Under the pieces are notes generated by a model. It was given only the letters and a program-made list of their open reading frames with translations. It had not been told where the DNA came from and did no database searches. DNA of 64,000 bases from an uncultured Spirochaetota bacterium (GTDB lineage Bacteria; Spirochaetota; Spirochaetia; JAFGXN01), in assembly GCA_944388995.1 (NCBI GenBank), contig CALXKN010000008.1:17160-81159 (forward strand). The letters are read 5' to 3'. This document shows positions 56,656-64,000 of this stretch, one piece after another. Position 1 is the first letter of the stretch, and each line of letters starts with the position of its first letter. Made by a program: the position numbers and the translations under genes.

Positions 56656-59541
56656 TCAGCAGAAATGCGCCATATCGCGCGGATAATACTTGCAGTCGTG
56701 CAGTTCCGTGTCGTCAAGCCCCAGCGCCTTTACCAGGGCAGCAGACGCTATGCACCAGTACCCGCGGTACTGGTTCTTTTTCAAGTCAAATTTTGTTATA
56801 AGCCCATCAGTCTTCGTGTGAATCCACTGTCTTTTAAGATACCGTTTTAACCGCTCAACAGCCGCCGCTTTATTCTCTTTTGAAAGCAGTACCACCTCAT
56901 ATACCGCATTGGAATATTTCGGACAGCAGAGCTTTTCCGTGCGTATCTGCCAGGATGAGTCCAGCGTCTGCATAAGGAAATCCAGATAAAAATCCCGCTG
57001 TTCCGATTTTTGTAACAATTTTCGATAGTCATCCAGAAATTCAGTCCTGTTAAAAAGCATAATCAAGTACAGAACAGTTTCCATATCTTCATAATTATCA
57101 TTGCCGTCCTGTGCGTCTATCAAATGACGCAAAATCAGGTCTACTTCGGGAAGCAGCTCATGCATATCTAGCCCTAAGGAATATCCTGTATAAAATTTGT
57201 AAAATGCATAAGTATATATTTGATATTTAAACGCTCTTATGTCCGATTCTGCCTGATGTTCATCAGTCTCAATATTATGATGATGATACGTTTGCAGTAT
57301 TTCTTTCAGCTTTTGGGAATCTTTCTTGAATCTTTCGTCAAAATATTCCTGGGGTTTGACTTTATCCCTCATCATTCTTACCCGGGGCGGAAGTTTTTCC
57401 CGCTCCTCCTCCGTAAGAAATTGCGACAGTTCAACTAAAAAGGGCTCTATAAACTCCGACATGAGTTTCGCTTTATTCCCGGCTGAGTGATCATAAGGTA
57501 TTTCAATTGCCGATGTCCGCCGTTTCTCATCCTTCCACAAGCGTCCTATTTTAATAAATGAACCGCCTTTCTCAAATATGTACAACGATATAATCAGTGT
57601 GCAGTCTTCATACTCACATTCTATATAATCTTGCTCCCCCAAGCAGTAATCTCTGTAGGTAAGATTCCTCAAAGTGGTTATTATCCAGGGTATCCACTCT
57701 TTTTTGATGACAACACTATCCCATGACTGCCATGACCCGGTACCGAAACGGCTGCCGGTTCTGGTGTTGATTCGTAGTTCGCCTTTGGGACTCCAGGGCG
57801 TGGGAAGTTTTTTCCGTTCTTCTTCAGGAAGAAATTGTGACAAGGCCACTAAGAAGGGTTCTATAAATTCCGACATGATTTTCAAGTCGTTGTCCGATTC
57901 TTCAAAATTAAATTCGAAACGGGTATAACGCCACTTTGATGTCAGGGTATAACTCTGCTCATTTTTTGCATGCCAAGGAAAATAAGGTATTTCAAGTGCC
58001 GGCGATATCTTCTTTTCATCCTTCCACATGGGAAATATTTTTATATAGGAATACCCATCCCCTATAGGACAGATACTTAATGTTAATTGGCACGTTCCCC
58101 ATTTATTTATGATGCTTTCAACTCCTGTTTGATAATTATCAACACTAAGATTTCTCAATGTGCTTATTATCCAGGGTATCCGGTTTTTTTGTATAACAAT
58201 ACTTTTCTGCTGCCCGCCGCCGAATGTACCGGTTCTTTTTCCGTTAATCCGTAATTCATCGTTATCTAATTCCTCGAAGCTGTATTCAAAATCGGCATTC
58301 AGAGTTTTTTTGCTTTGATATTTTGTTATCTTCTCTATTTTGGCTACTATCGATTCGTCGTCCGACTTATCGGTTTCGCCTGCATACCAATCTTTGCCTT
58401 CGAGCCATACCCCGAACCAGAAAGGAAGATCCCCCCAAGGTCTTTGACAGAGTTCTTTCTTTTCGTTGACACTCCAGGGGGGCGACAGTTTACCCCTTTC
58501 TTCTTCCGTGAGAAACTGCGACAATGCAACCAGAAACGGCTCTATAAATTCCGACATTAATTTTGTTTCTTTCCGGGATACATAGGGTATTTCAATATTC
58601 CATGAACTCTTATTTTCATTTTTCCAGACAGGATAAATTTTGATATAGGAATAATCAAAGGGTACTACATTTATAATAAAACTTAAATTACAGTAACCGT
58701 ATTCATATACGAGAGTTTGCGGGGTGTTATAATCGTCGATAGTGGCATTTCTTAGTGTGGTAATGATCAAAGGTATCCACGCTTTTTTTATGATAATACT
58801 TTCCCATTGTCCCCTGCCGAATGAATCTGTTCGCTTTGCATTGATTTCCAACTCGTCATCATTTAATTCTTCATTGTCAGCTTTTTCCTCAAAATAAAAT
58901 TCGAAATGAACATTCCCGCCCTTACTGATCAGGTATTCTTTTTCTGCCAGTCCGTATTGTGTTATACCGGTCATTGCTTTGAAAAAATTGAGGGAACCGC
59001 TTTCCTTATCGGCAAAAATGATGTTCTGTTTTTTGTTTTCCCTCCAGGGAGGCGGAAGTTGTGTTCTTTCTTCTTCGGTAAGGAATTGTGCCAATTCAAC
59101 CAAAACAGGTTCGATAAATTCCGCCATTAACCTGCTTTTATCCCAGGGTAGATATGGTATTTCAATAAACGGTGTCGTTTTTTCCTTCGGTTCCTTCCAT
59201 ATGGGCATTATTTGAAGGGTCGCATAATCTTTGGCAGATGGTAAAAACTCCAGATTGACTTGACATTCTTCATATTCGTGAACGATATGTCTGTTCCAAA
59301 TCCCTTCCGGAAAGTTGATGTCGTAATCCTCAAAAGGAAGGGTTCTCAGTGTGGTGATAATCCGGGAAATCCACGCTTTTTTTATGACGATACAGTAATA
59401 CAAAGGCATACGTTCCGCTTCATCCAACAATGGAAAGGTTATTTTTTCGAAAATCCGTATTTCGTCGTTGTCCGATTCCTCAAAATGAAATTCAAAGGTA
59501 TCGGATATTTCGGCATCTCCCCTTCTGCCTGTAATGAACAT
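56656..59541 (-). CDS. Novel 961-aa protein: four tandem ~180-aa repeats plus C-terminal ~210-aa domain (paralogue of the next gene)
   Basis: Repeat hallmarks FEFxFEESDNDELRI…KRTxxFGxGxWxSxxIKKxWIPxIITTLRN…YIKIxPxWKxE…IEIPY…SEFIEPFLVxLSQFLTEEERxKLPPPW occur four times. The C-terminus is about 65% identical to the 59781-60401 product. Confidence 0.7.
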   Translation of the reverse strand: MFITGRRGDAEISDTFEFHFEESDNDEIRIFEKITFPLLDEAERMPLYYCIVIKKAWISRIITTLRTLPFEDYDINFPEGIWNRHIVHEYEECQVNLEFLPSAKDYATLQIMPIWKEPKEKTTPFIEIPYLPWDKSRLMAEFIEPVLVELAQFLTEEERTQLPPPWRENKKQNIIFADKESGSLNFFKAMTGITQYGLAEKEYLISKGGNVHFEFYFEEKADNEELNDDELEINAKRTDSFGRGQWESIIIKKAWIPLIITTLRNATIDDYNTPQTLVYEYGYCNLSFIINVVPFDYSYIKIYPVWKNENKSSWNIEIPYVSRKETKLMSEFIEPFLVALSQFLTEEERGKLSPPWSVNEKKELCQRPWGDLPFWFGVWLEGKDWYAGETDKSDDESIVAKIEKITKYQSKKTLNADFEYSFEELDNDELRINGKRTGTFGGGQQKSIVIQKNRIPWIISTLRNLSVDNYQTGVESIINKWGTCQLTLSICPIGDGYSYIKIFPMWKDEKKISPALEIPYFPWHAKNEQSYTLTSKWRYTRFEFNFEESDNDLKIMSEFIEPFLVALSQFLPEEERKKLPTPWSPKGELRINTRTGSRFGTGSWQSWDSVVIKKEWIPWIITTLRNLTYRDYCLGEQDYIECEYEDCTLIISLYIFEKGGSFIKIGRLWKDEKRRTSAIEIPYDHSAGNKAKLMSEFIEPFLVELSQFLTEEEREKLPPRVRMMRDKVKPQEYFDERFKKDSQKLKEILQTYHHHNIETDEHQAESDIRAFKYQIYTYAFYKFYTGYSLGLDMHELLPEVDLILRHLIDAQDGNDNYEDMETVLYLIMLFNRTEFLDDYRKLLQKSEQRDFYLDFLMQTLDSSWQIRTEKLCCPKYSNAVYEVVLLSKENKAAAVERLKRYLKRQWIHTKTDGLITKFDLKKNQYRGYWCIASAALVKALGLDDTELHDCKYYPRDMAHFC

Positions 59542-59780
59542 TGCATCTACCAGTTTAAGAAAAGCTTTTGTATCAGCGGATTGGGCAGATTCTTCATGTT
59601 GATCGTCTTCTTTATTATATTTTATTCCGACTCCTAAGGAACGCAGCCGTCATATCGAAGGGGTGCAACGGTATGACGGCCAACACTCCGCTTTCACGCG
59701 GTGGTCTTATGCTGTTCATGTCGATACCGGACCGCTTCCGACACAACCGAATGAAGTTTTCCGATTTTCCGAATCAATTT

Positions 59781-60401
59781 CTAACAGAAATGGGTCATAT
59801 CGTAGGGATAGTATTTACAGTCTTTCAGTTCCGTATCGTCAAGTTTGAGGGCTTTTACCAAAGCGGCGGCGGCGATGCACCAATACCCCCGGTACCACCC
59901 TATTTTCAGATCCCGGTTGGTTATAACACCTTCGGTTAATGACATAAACCACTGCCTTTTAAGATACCTCTTTAACCGCTGGACGGCTTCCGCCTTGTTT
60001 TCTTTTGACAGCATTACCACCTCGTATACCGAATTGGTCTCTTTGGGGCAACGAAGTTTTTCCGTACTTATCTGCCATGTGGAGTCTACTATCTGTACAA
60101 GATAATCCAGGTAAAAATCCCGCATTTTCGATTTTTGTAATAACTCCTTATATTCATCCAGAAATTCTGTCCGGTTAAAAAGAATGATTAAGTATATAAT
60201 CATTTCCATATCATCATAACCTCTGTCCCTTTCTCTCGTTGTATCAATCAAATTTCTTATGATAAGGTCTACTTCGGGAAGCAGCTCATTCATACCAAGC
60301 CCCAGGGAATAGCCTGCATAAAATTTACAAGCTGCTTCCATATATATGTGATATTTAAACGACCATACATTATATTTTTCCGGATGGCTTATTCTCTTCA
60401 T
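59781..60401 (-). CDS. Stand-alone 206-aa paralogue of the C-terminal domain of the 961-aa protein
   Basis: YxGYSLGLxMxELLPEVDLIxRxLID…CKYYPxDMxHFC is shared with the 961-aa protein. Confidence 0.7.
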   Translation of the reverse strand: MKRISHPEKYNVWSFKYHIYMEAACKFYAGYSLGLGMNELLPEVDLIIRNLIDTTRERDRGYDDMEMIIYLIILFNRTEFLDEYKELLQKSKMRDFYLDYLVQIVDSTWQISTEKLRCPKETNSVYEVVMLSKENKAEAVQRLKRYLKRQWFMSLTEGVITNRDLKIGWYRGYWCIAAAALVKALKLDDTELKDCKYYPYDMTHFC

Positions 60402-60643
60402 ATTTACTCATCCGTTCAGCAAGATCAGACGCATCCTTATTATATCTTTCCCTAAAATATTCTTCTGTTTTTATGGTGTCTCTCATCTGTTATTCCTTGT
60501 GTATTTTGTAAATTTTTGGTTTATTCTCGTTATACATAACATTGCCATTTTCATCAAGTTGGTAATATGTTACTTTTCCTCCCTTCGGAACGCCTGCGGC
60601 GTGGCTACAATCCTTTGTGCGAGAAGATTTTTATCAATGGTGT

Positions 60644-60700
60644 CCGTACACACCCATTGATGTTGTCAAAGAACTCCTTCTGTACGGAGATAGGGGGAGG
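60644..60700. repeat. 57-bp exact repeat with 7-bp inverted repeat (CCGTACA…TGTACGG), copy 1
   Basis: Identical to 63943-64000. Starts 2 nt after the stop of the 75-aa gene. Confidence 0.9.
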
Positions 60701-60701
60701 G

Positions 60702-60929
60702 TTATTCAAAAGTTATTACCATATGCGAACCTGCCGTTTTTTCGGTTACTTTCTGTATAATCTCTTTTTTGTCATCTTCAGTTAATGGCTCGTTTTCTGG
60801 AACAAGCCAATTTTTCATTGAACTTTTATAACAGACAAAACCGCCTACTATCATTTCGCCTGCGATTCTCGCAGTTCTGCCATCGAGTTCTACATCTATG
60901 TATGTGTTTGTTCCGGTTATTTTTGTCAT
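60702..60929 (-). CDS. 75-aa hypothetical protein (partner of DUF600-like gene in duplicated module)
   Basis: MTKITGTNTYIDVELDGRTARIAGEMIVGGFVCYK…. A truncated second copy lies at 62300-62353. Confidence 0.5.
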   Translation of the reverse strand: MTKITGTNTYIDVELDGRTARIAGEMIVGGFVCYKSSMKNWLVPENEPLTEDDKKEIIQKVTEKTAGSHMVITFE

Positions 60930-60938
60930 ATATTAATC

Positions 60939-61271
60939 CTATGCATTATCCCATTCGTCTTGAAGAGCCTGATCCCATTCAAAGGTCATATCAAAGTGAC
61001 CGTTCTTTTCAAGGGTGTAAATAGCTTTGTTCCATTGTGCAAAATGTAACTCTTTTGCACTATTATGAAATTTTATTAAATCAATTTTTGTTTCTCGATT
61101 AAGTGCTAAGTTTAAAGCATTTTTCCATTCTCCATTAATCTGATATTTTGCATTCGTACCAATATATTTATCACTACATTCAATATTCAGTTCAATTTTA
61201 TCCCAAGAGGAATCAATACTATCATTCAATTGCGAACCAATATTTTTATATATATCTTCAATATTTTTCAT
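60939..61271 (-). CDS. DUF600 (YezG/EsaG)-like putative immunity protein, copy D
   Basis: N-terminus IEDIYKNI…SSWDKIEL and C-terminus WNKAIYTLEKNGHFDMTFEWD fit the DUF600 pattern (…EWEKVYLY…, W.NL.L..ER.G.F.IDYDY). AGGAG RBS overlaps the upstream nuclease-fragment stop. Confidence 0.5.
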   Translation of the reverse strand: MKNIEDIYKNIGSQLNDSIDSSWDKIELNIECSDKYIGTNAKYQINGEWKNALNLALNRETKIDLIKFHNSAKELHFAQWNKAIYTLEKNGHFDMTFEWDQALQDEWDNA

Positions 61272-61282
61272 AAATACTCCTA

Positions 61283-61657
61283 TTAATTTAAGAAGAACAA
61301 ATTTTCTGTTTTTTCTATTTTTCCATCCGATGTTTTTATAATGTATGTTACATCAAAATCTGTCGGTCTTAGATTATCAGCATAGTTTATTTTTATATCA
61401 ACTTCAACCTTTTTTCCCTCTGAAAGTGCATCGTTCCATTTTTTTTCCATGGTTTTCCATTCACCATTATTTAGTGTGGCGGTTTGTGGAACATAATTTA
61501 TTTGTTCTCCAGGACCATTGAAAATTCTTGCAATAATATGTCCGCCCTGGTCATCACCTTTAATACCATCTTTTATATCAACTGATTTTCCTTGTTGATA
61601 AACATTTCTGTCTTTTGTTTCAAGTTTTAATTCTCCGCTTACTTTGTTTTACAACTA
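61283..61657 (-). pseudogene. Orphan/pseudogenised nuclease toxin C-terminal domain (Serratia NucA-like bba-Me / Endonuclease_NS_2, EsaD/YeeF-type)
   Basis: Minus-strand frame encodes …GDDQGGHIIARIFNGPGEQINYVPQTATLNNGEWKTMEKKW… (compare Serratia DRGHQ…NITPQKSDLNQGAW). It has no start codon and in-frame TAG (61655-61657) and TAA (61649-61651). An upstream fragment (…DADYEDIVAALNRFGTIASKRK) in the same frame extends to 61731. Confidence 0.6.
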
Positions 61658-61731
61658 TTTTCTTTTACTTGCAATTGTTCCAAAACGATTAAGTGCAGCA
61701 ACAATATCTTCATAATCAGCATCTATTTCAT

Positions 61732-62262
61732 CTAACTGTCCCAGATTTCCTTAAATTTTAAACCTTTGATACTGTTTTTCTTAACAATATCTATAAACTC
61801 ATCTGTTACAAAATAATCTCGAATAATTAATTGATTTTGTAGTTTAACTTGAAAAAGAGGTGGATAATTGTTTTCCTTAAAATAATATTGCTCAACACCT
61901 AAAATATCATTCTCAAAATACTTATATTTAGTTTTTTTTCGATCTAAGCAGTCCAAAACAGTTAAATTATTTAATAGTACAAAATCGTCATTAAGCGGAA
62001 CAAATCTTATATTTATTTGAGAAATGTCAGAAAGTACTGCCATAAATTTTTTATTTATGAAGAATCCTCTACAATCATAACATTCACAAATATCCCCTGC
62101 AGGATTATTAGAATCTCTATCGTATTCTAATTGAAAATCAGAAGGAATGCTTATTTCTATACCTTTATTAAACTGACGTAAAATTTTTCTATCAGTTTCT
62201 TCGTTTTTTATATAGCATCCTTTGTAATTATCAATATCTGTTTCTAAAATGTATATTTTCAT
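61732..62262 (-). CDS. 176-aa hypothetical protein (AT-rich, possible immunity-type protein)
   Basis: ORF with a G8 tract serving as its RBS. No known motif. Confidence 0.45.
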   Translation of the reverse strand: MKIYILETDIDNYKGCYIKNEETDRKILRQFNKGIEISIPSDFQLEYDRDSNNPAGDICECYDCRGFFINKKFMAVLSDISQINIRFVPLNDDFVLLNNLTVLDCLDRKKTKYKYFENDILGVEQYYFKENNYPPLFQVKLQNQLIIRDYFVTDEFIDIVKKNSIKGLKFKEIWDS

Positions 62263-62299
62263 ATATCCCCCCCCTAATTGTGAATTTTTAAGAAACCAC

Positions 62300-62353
62300 T
62301 CAATAATTCCTTTCGGATTGTTTGTATGTGTTTGTTCCGGTTATTTTTGTCAT
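62300..62353 (-). pseudogene. Truncated remnant of 75-aa-family gene (MTKITGTNTY then divergent, stop after 17 codons)
   Basis: The first 10 codons and 5' flank are near-identical to the 60702-60929 gene, then homology breaks. Confidence 0.6.
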
Positions 62354-62362
62354 ATATTAATC

Positions 62363-62686
62363 CTATGCATTATCCCATTCGTCTTGGAGAGTTTGATCCC
62401 ATTCAAATGTCATATCAAAATGACCATTCCTTTCAAGAGAGTAAACAGCTTTGTTCCATTTATGCTCAGGCGACATAGATTCTTGAAGTTCAAAAACGCT
62501 ATCCATTAAAGTATTTACAGTTAATAAAGGAAACTTTAATTCTTTTTTTTCAAACGATGATAAAGTATATTCTGCCTGAAATGAACACATTTTATTTAGA
62601 CTTGATTCTATTTTTACAGTCACTTTTTCCCATTTACCGGAAATATTATCTTGAACCGCCTTGCCTAATTCTTTATATAAATCCAT
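62363..62686 (-). CDS. DUF600 (YezG/EsaG)-like putative immunity protein, copy B
   Basis: C-terminus WNKAVYSLERNGHFDMTFEWDQTLQDEWDNA is near-identical to copy D. Confidence 0.5.
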   Translation of the reverse strand: MDLYKELGKAVQDNISGKWEKVTVKIESSLNKMCSFQAEYTLSSFEKKELKFPLLTVNTLMDSVFELQESMSPEHKWNKAVYSLERNGHFDMTFEWDQTLQDEWDNA

Positions 62687-62732
62687 AGCATCTCCATTAA
62701 TTGTTGAATATTTTTTTGAATAGTTGGCTCAT

Positions 62733-63842
62733 TTATTTCTCTTTATTTAAAATAAACAGATACTCAGAGACGTGTATATTACGGTTATTCAAATTTCTGC
62801 TTCCCCGGAATGTATTATAAGTCATTTCAACGGTTTTCAGTTTTCCGTAGTGTTCCAGCATTGTTTTCATTTGCTCAAAAGTAATAAATCCTTCAGAATT
62901 ATAAGAGATAATGACAAACTTTGAATCAATTTTATCTATGATTTTTTCCATGGATTTTAAGGCTGAATAAGGTTTGTTGAATTCCGAGCGGTTCCAATCC
63001 TGAGTTATCCCTGAAACTTTACTGATTTCAGCATCCAGCCTGTTCTTTATGATAAGATTCAGCATAAAATAATTTGAACCATAGGGATGCTGGTTATACG
63101 GGGGATCCAGATAAGTAATATCTATTTTTTTTAATTCCCCGGCAAGTTCCACAGCATCTTTTTTATAGATTTTAACCTTTGAATTGAAATTGCTTAAAAC
63201 CGGCTCTTTCAGTTCTATTTTTCCAAAAATGCGGGTTAAAGCGTTTTTCCCGGCAGCGCCGAAACATCCGATTCCGGTATTTTTGTCCTTGTAAAACCCT
63301 TTGAAAACCCCGCTTGTATTGACATGAACCGAAGCCTCCGTTACGAGCGGCGCTAAAAAAAATTTTTTCATGTCTTCTTCCTGCACCACTTTATCAATCA
63401 GACTGCGGTAAGTGTCGATTAACAGAGCGTTCTCATGGGTATAAAAAACCCTTTCTCCTCTTTGAATATTTCCGTCATCCTGAGGGGCATAATTTTTTGT
63501 GATAATTCTCGGTTCTTTTTTGCTGCGGCACATTTCTTCTATTATTGATTTATATTCCCGCCATTTTTCATGCGGAAAATCTTTTTTGTCAGTCAGATAG
63601 CATTCATTGATGAGGCGGGAATATTCTTCCAGATCATTGGCAATTAAAACACTGCTGTATTTTTTCAGCATCCGGGCAACAATTCCCGAACCGGAGAAAA
63701 TATCCGCACAAACAAGTTTTTCTTTTCCCAATAAACCGGCAATTTTTTTGACTTCTTCTTCTATATTCCTGATAAGCTGCCGTTTGTTCCTGATATAAGT
63801 AATGATCTGTGCAGTAAGATATTCTTTATTTTCTTCTTTCAT
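62733..63842 (-). CDS. DNA N6-adenine methyltransferase, D12 class (Dam-like, alpha type)
   Basis: Motif I DIFSGSG and motif IV DPPY in alpha-class order. 369 aa. Confidence 0.7.
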   Translation of the reverse strand: MKEENKEYLTAQIITYIRNKRQLIRNIEEEVKKIAGLLGKEKLVCADIFSGSGIVARMLKKYSSVLIANDLEEYSRLINECYLTDKKDFPHEKWREYKSIIEEMCRSKKEPRIITKNYAPQDDGNIQRGERVFYTHENALLIDTYRSLIDKVVQEEDMKKFFLAPLVTEASVHVNTSGVFKGFYKDKNTGIGCFGAAGKNALTRIFGKIELKEPVLSNFNSKVKIYKKDAVELAGELKKIDITYLDPPYNQHPYGSNYFMLNLIIKNRLDAEISKVSGITQDWNRSEFNKPYSALKSMEKIIDKIDSKFVIISYNSEGFITFEQMKTMLEHYGKLKTVEMTYNTFRGSRNLNNRNIHVSEYLFILNKEK

Positions 63843-63942
63843 GGCTGTAAAGATTTATATTGTTCCAAATTTCCGGTTTATTCTATGCTTTTTGACAGAC
63901 CTTTATACTCAGTATCCCTCTCCGCAAAAATCAACCCGGATT

Positions 63943-64000
63943 TCCGTACACACCCATTGATGTTGTCAAAGAACTCCTTCTGTACGGAGATAGGGGGAGG
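63943..64000. repeat. 57-bp exact repeat, copy 2 (runs into window end)
   Basis: Identical to 60644-60700. Confidence 0.9.

Noticed and set aside
60644-60700. 57-bp inverted-repeat element as an integron attC site (the island resembles a cassette array)
   Set aside because: No RYYYAAC / GTTRRRY core sites at the ends and no intI in the window. Kept as an unexplained repeat instead.
1-64000. CRISPR arrays, rRNA genes, transposases or IS elements
   Set aside because: No short regularly spaced direct repeats, no rRNA-like conserved stretches, and no DDE or Tyr-recombinase ORFs were seen.

Overview
The window is the replication-origin neighbourhood of a spirochaete-like (Treponema-type) chromosome of about 50% GC. 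Most of it is a conserved housekeeping core, and the last ~9 kb is a compositionally foreign accessory island that is the most interesting part.

The core shows classic origin synteny. On the minus strand it reads jag-yidC-yidD-rnpA-rpmH, then DUF721-recF-dnaN-dnaA. gyrB-gyrA diverge from dnaA on the plus strand, followed by two parS-like palindromes and parA-parB. Elsewhere in the core are tRNA-Ser, an SRP-RNA-like element, and dnaX-ybaB-recR. The remaining genes are ordinary housekeeping and envelope functions (rsmI, flgM, nif3, lspA, thyX, rsmE, mnmA, a NanA/DapA-family aldolase, patatin, MATE, glpQ, a large GH13 protein, a flavodiiron protein and several lipoproteins).

Two RNA genes absent from the ORF track are inferred: rpmH (L34, 51 aa) and an SRP (4.5S-like) RNA between tRNA-Ser and dnaX.

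The 3' end (~55.2-64.0 kb) is accessory and partly AT-rich. It holds an MNT/HEPN toxin-antitoxin pair bracketed by 166-bp GC-rich direct repeats, then a minus-strand array that looks like a polymorphic toxin/immunity island. That array contains:
- a 961-aa protein built from four tandem ~180-aa repeats plus a C-terminal domain, and a 206-aa stand-alone paralogue of that domain;
- duplicated ~150-bp DNA modules, each carrying a DUF600(YezG/EsaG)-like small gene plus a 75-aa gene (the second 75-aa copy is truncated);
- a start-less, stop-interrupted Serratia-NucA-like (bba-Me) nuclease toxin C-terminal domain immediately upstream of one DUF600-like gene;
- a G8 tract in the RBS of a 176-aa ORF;
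- a Dam-like DNA adenine methyltransferase;
- a 57-bp exact repeat that follows 75-aa-family genes.

No CRISPR array, rRNA or transposase was seen.
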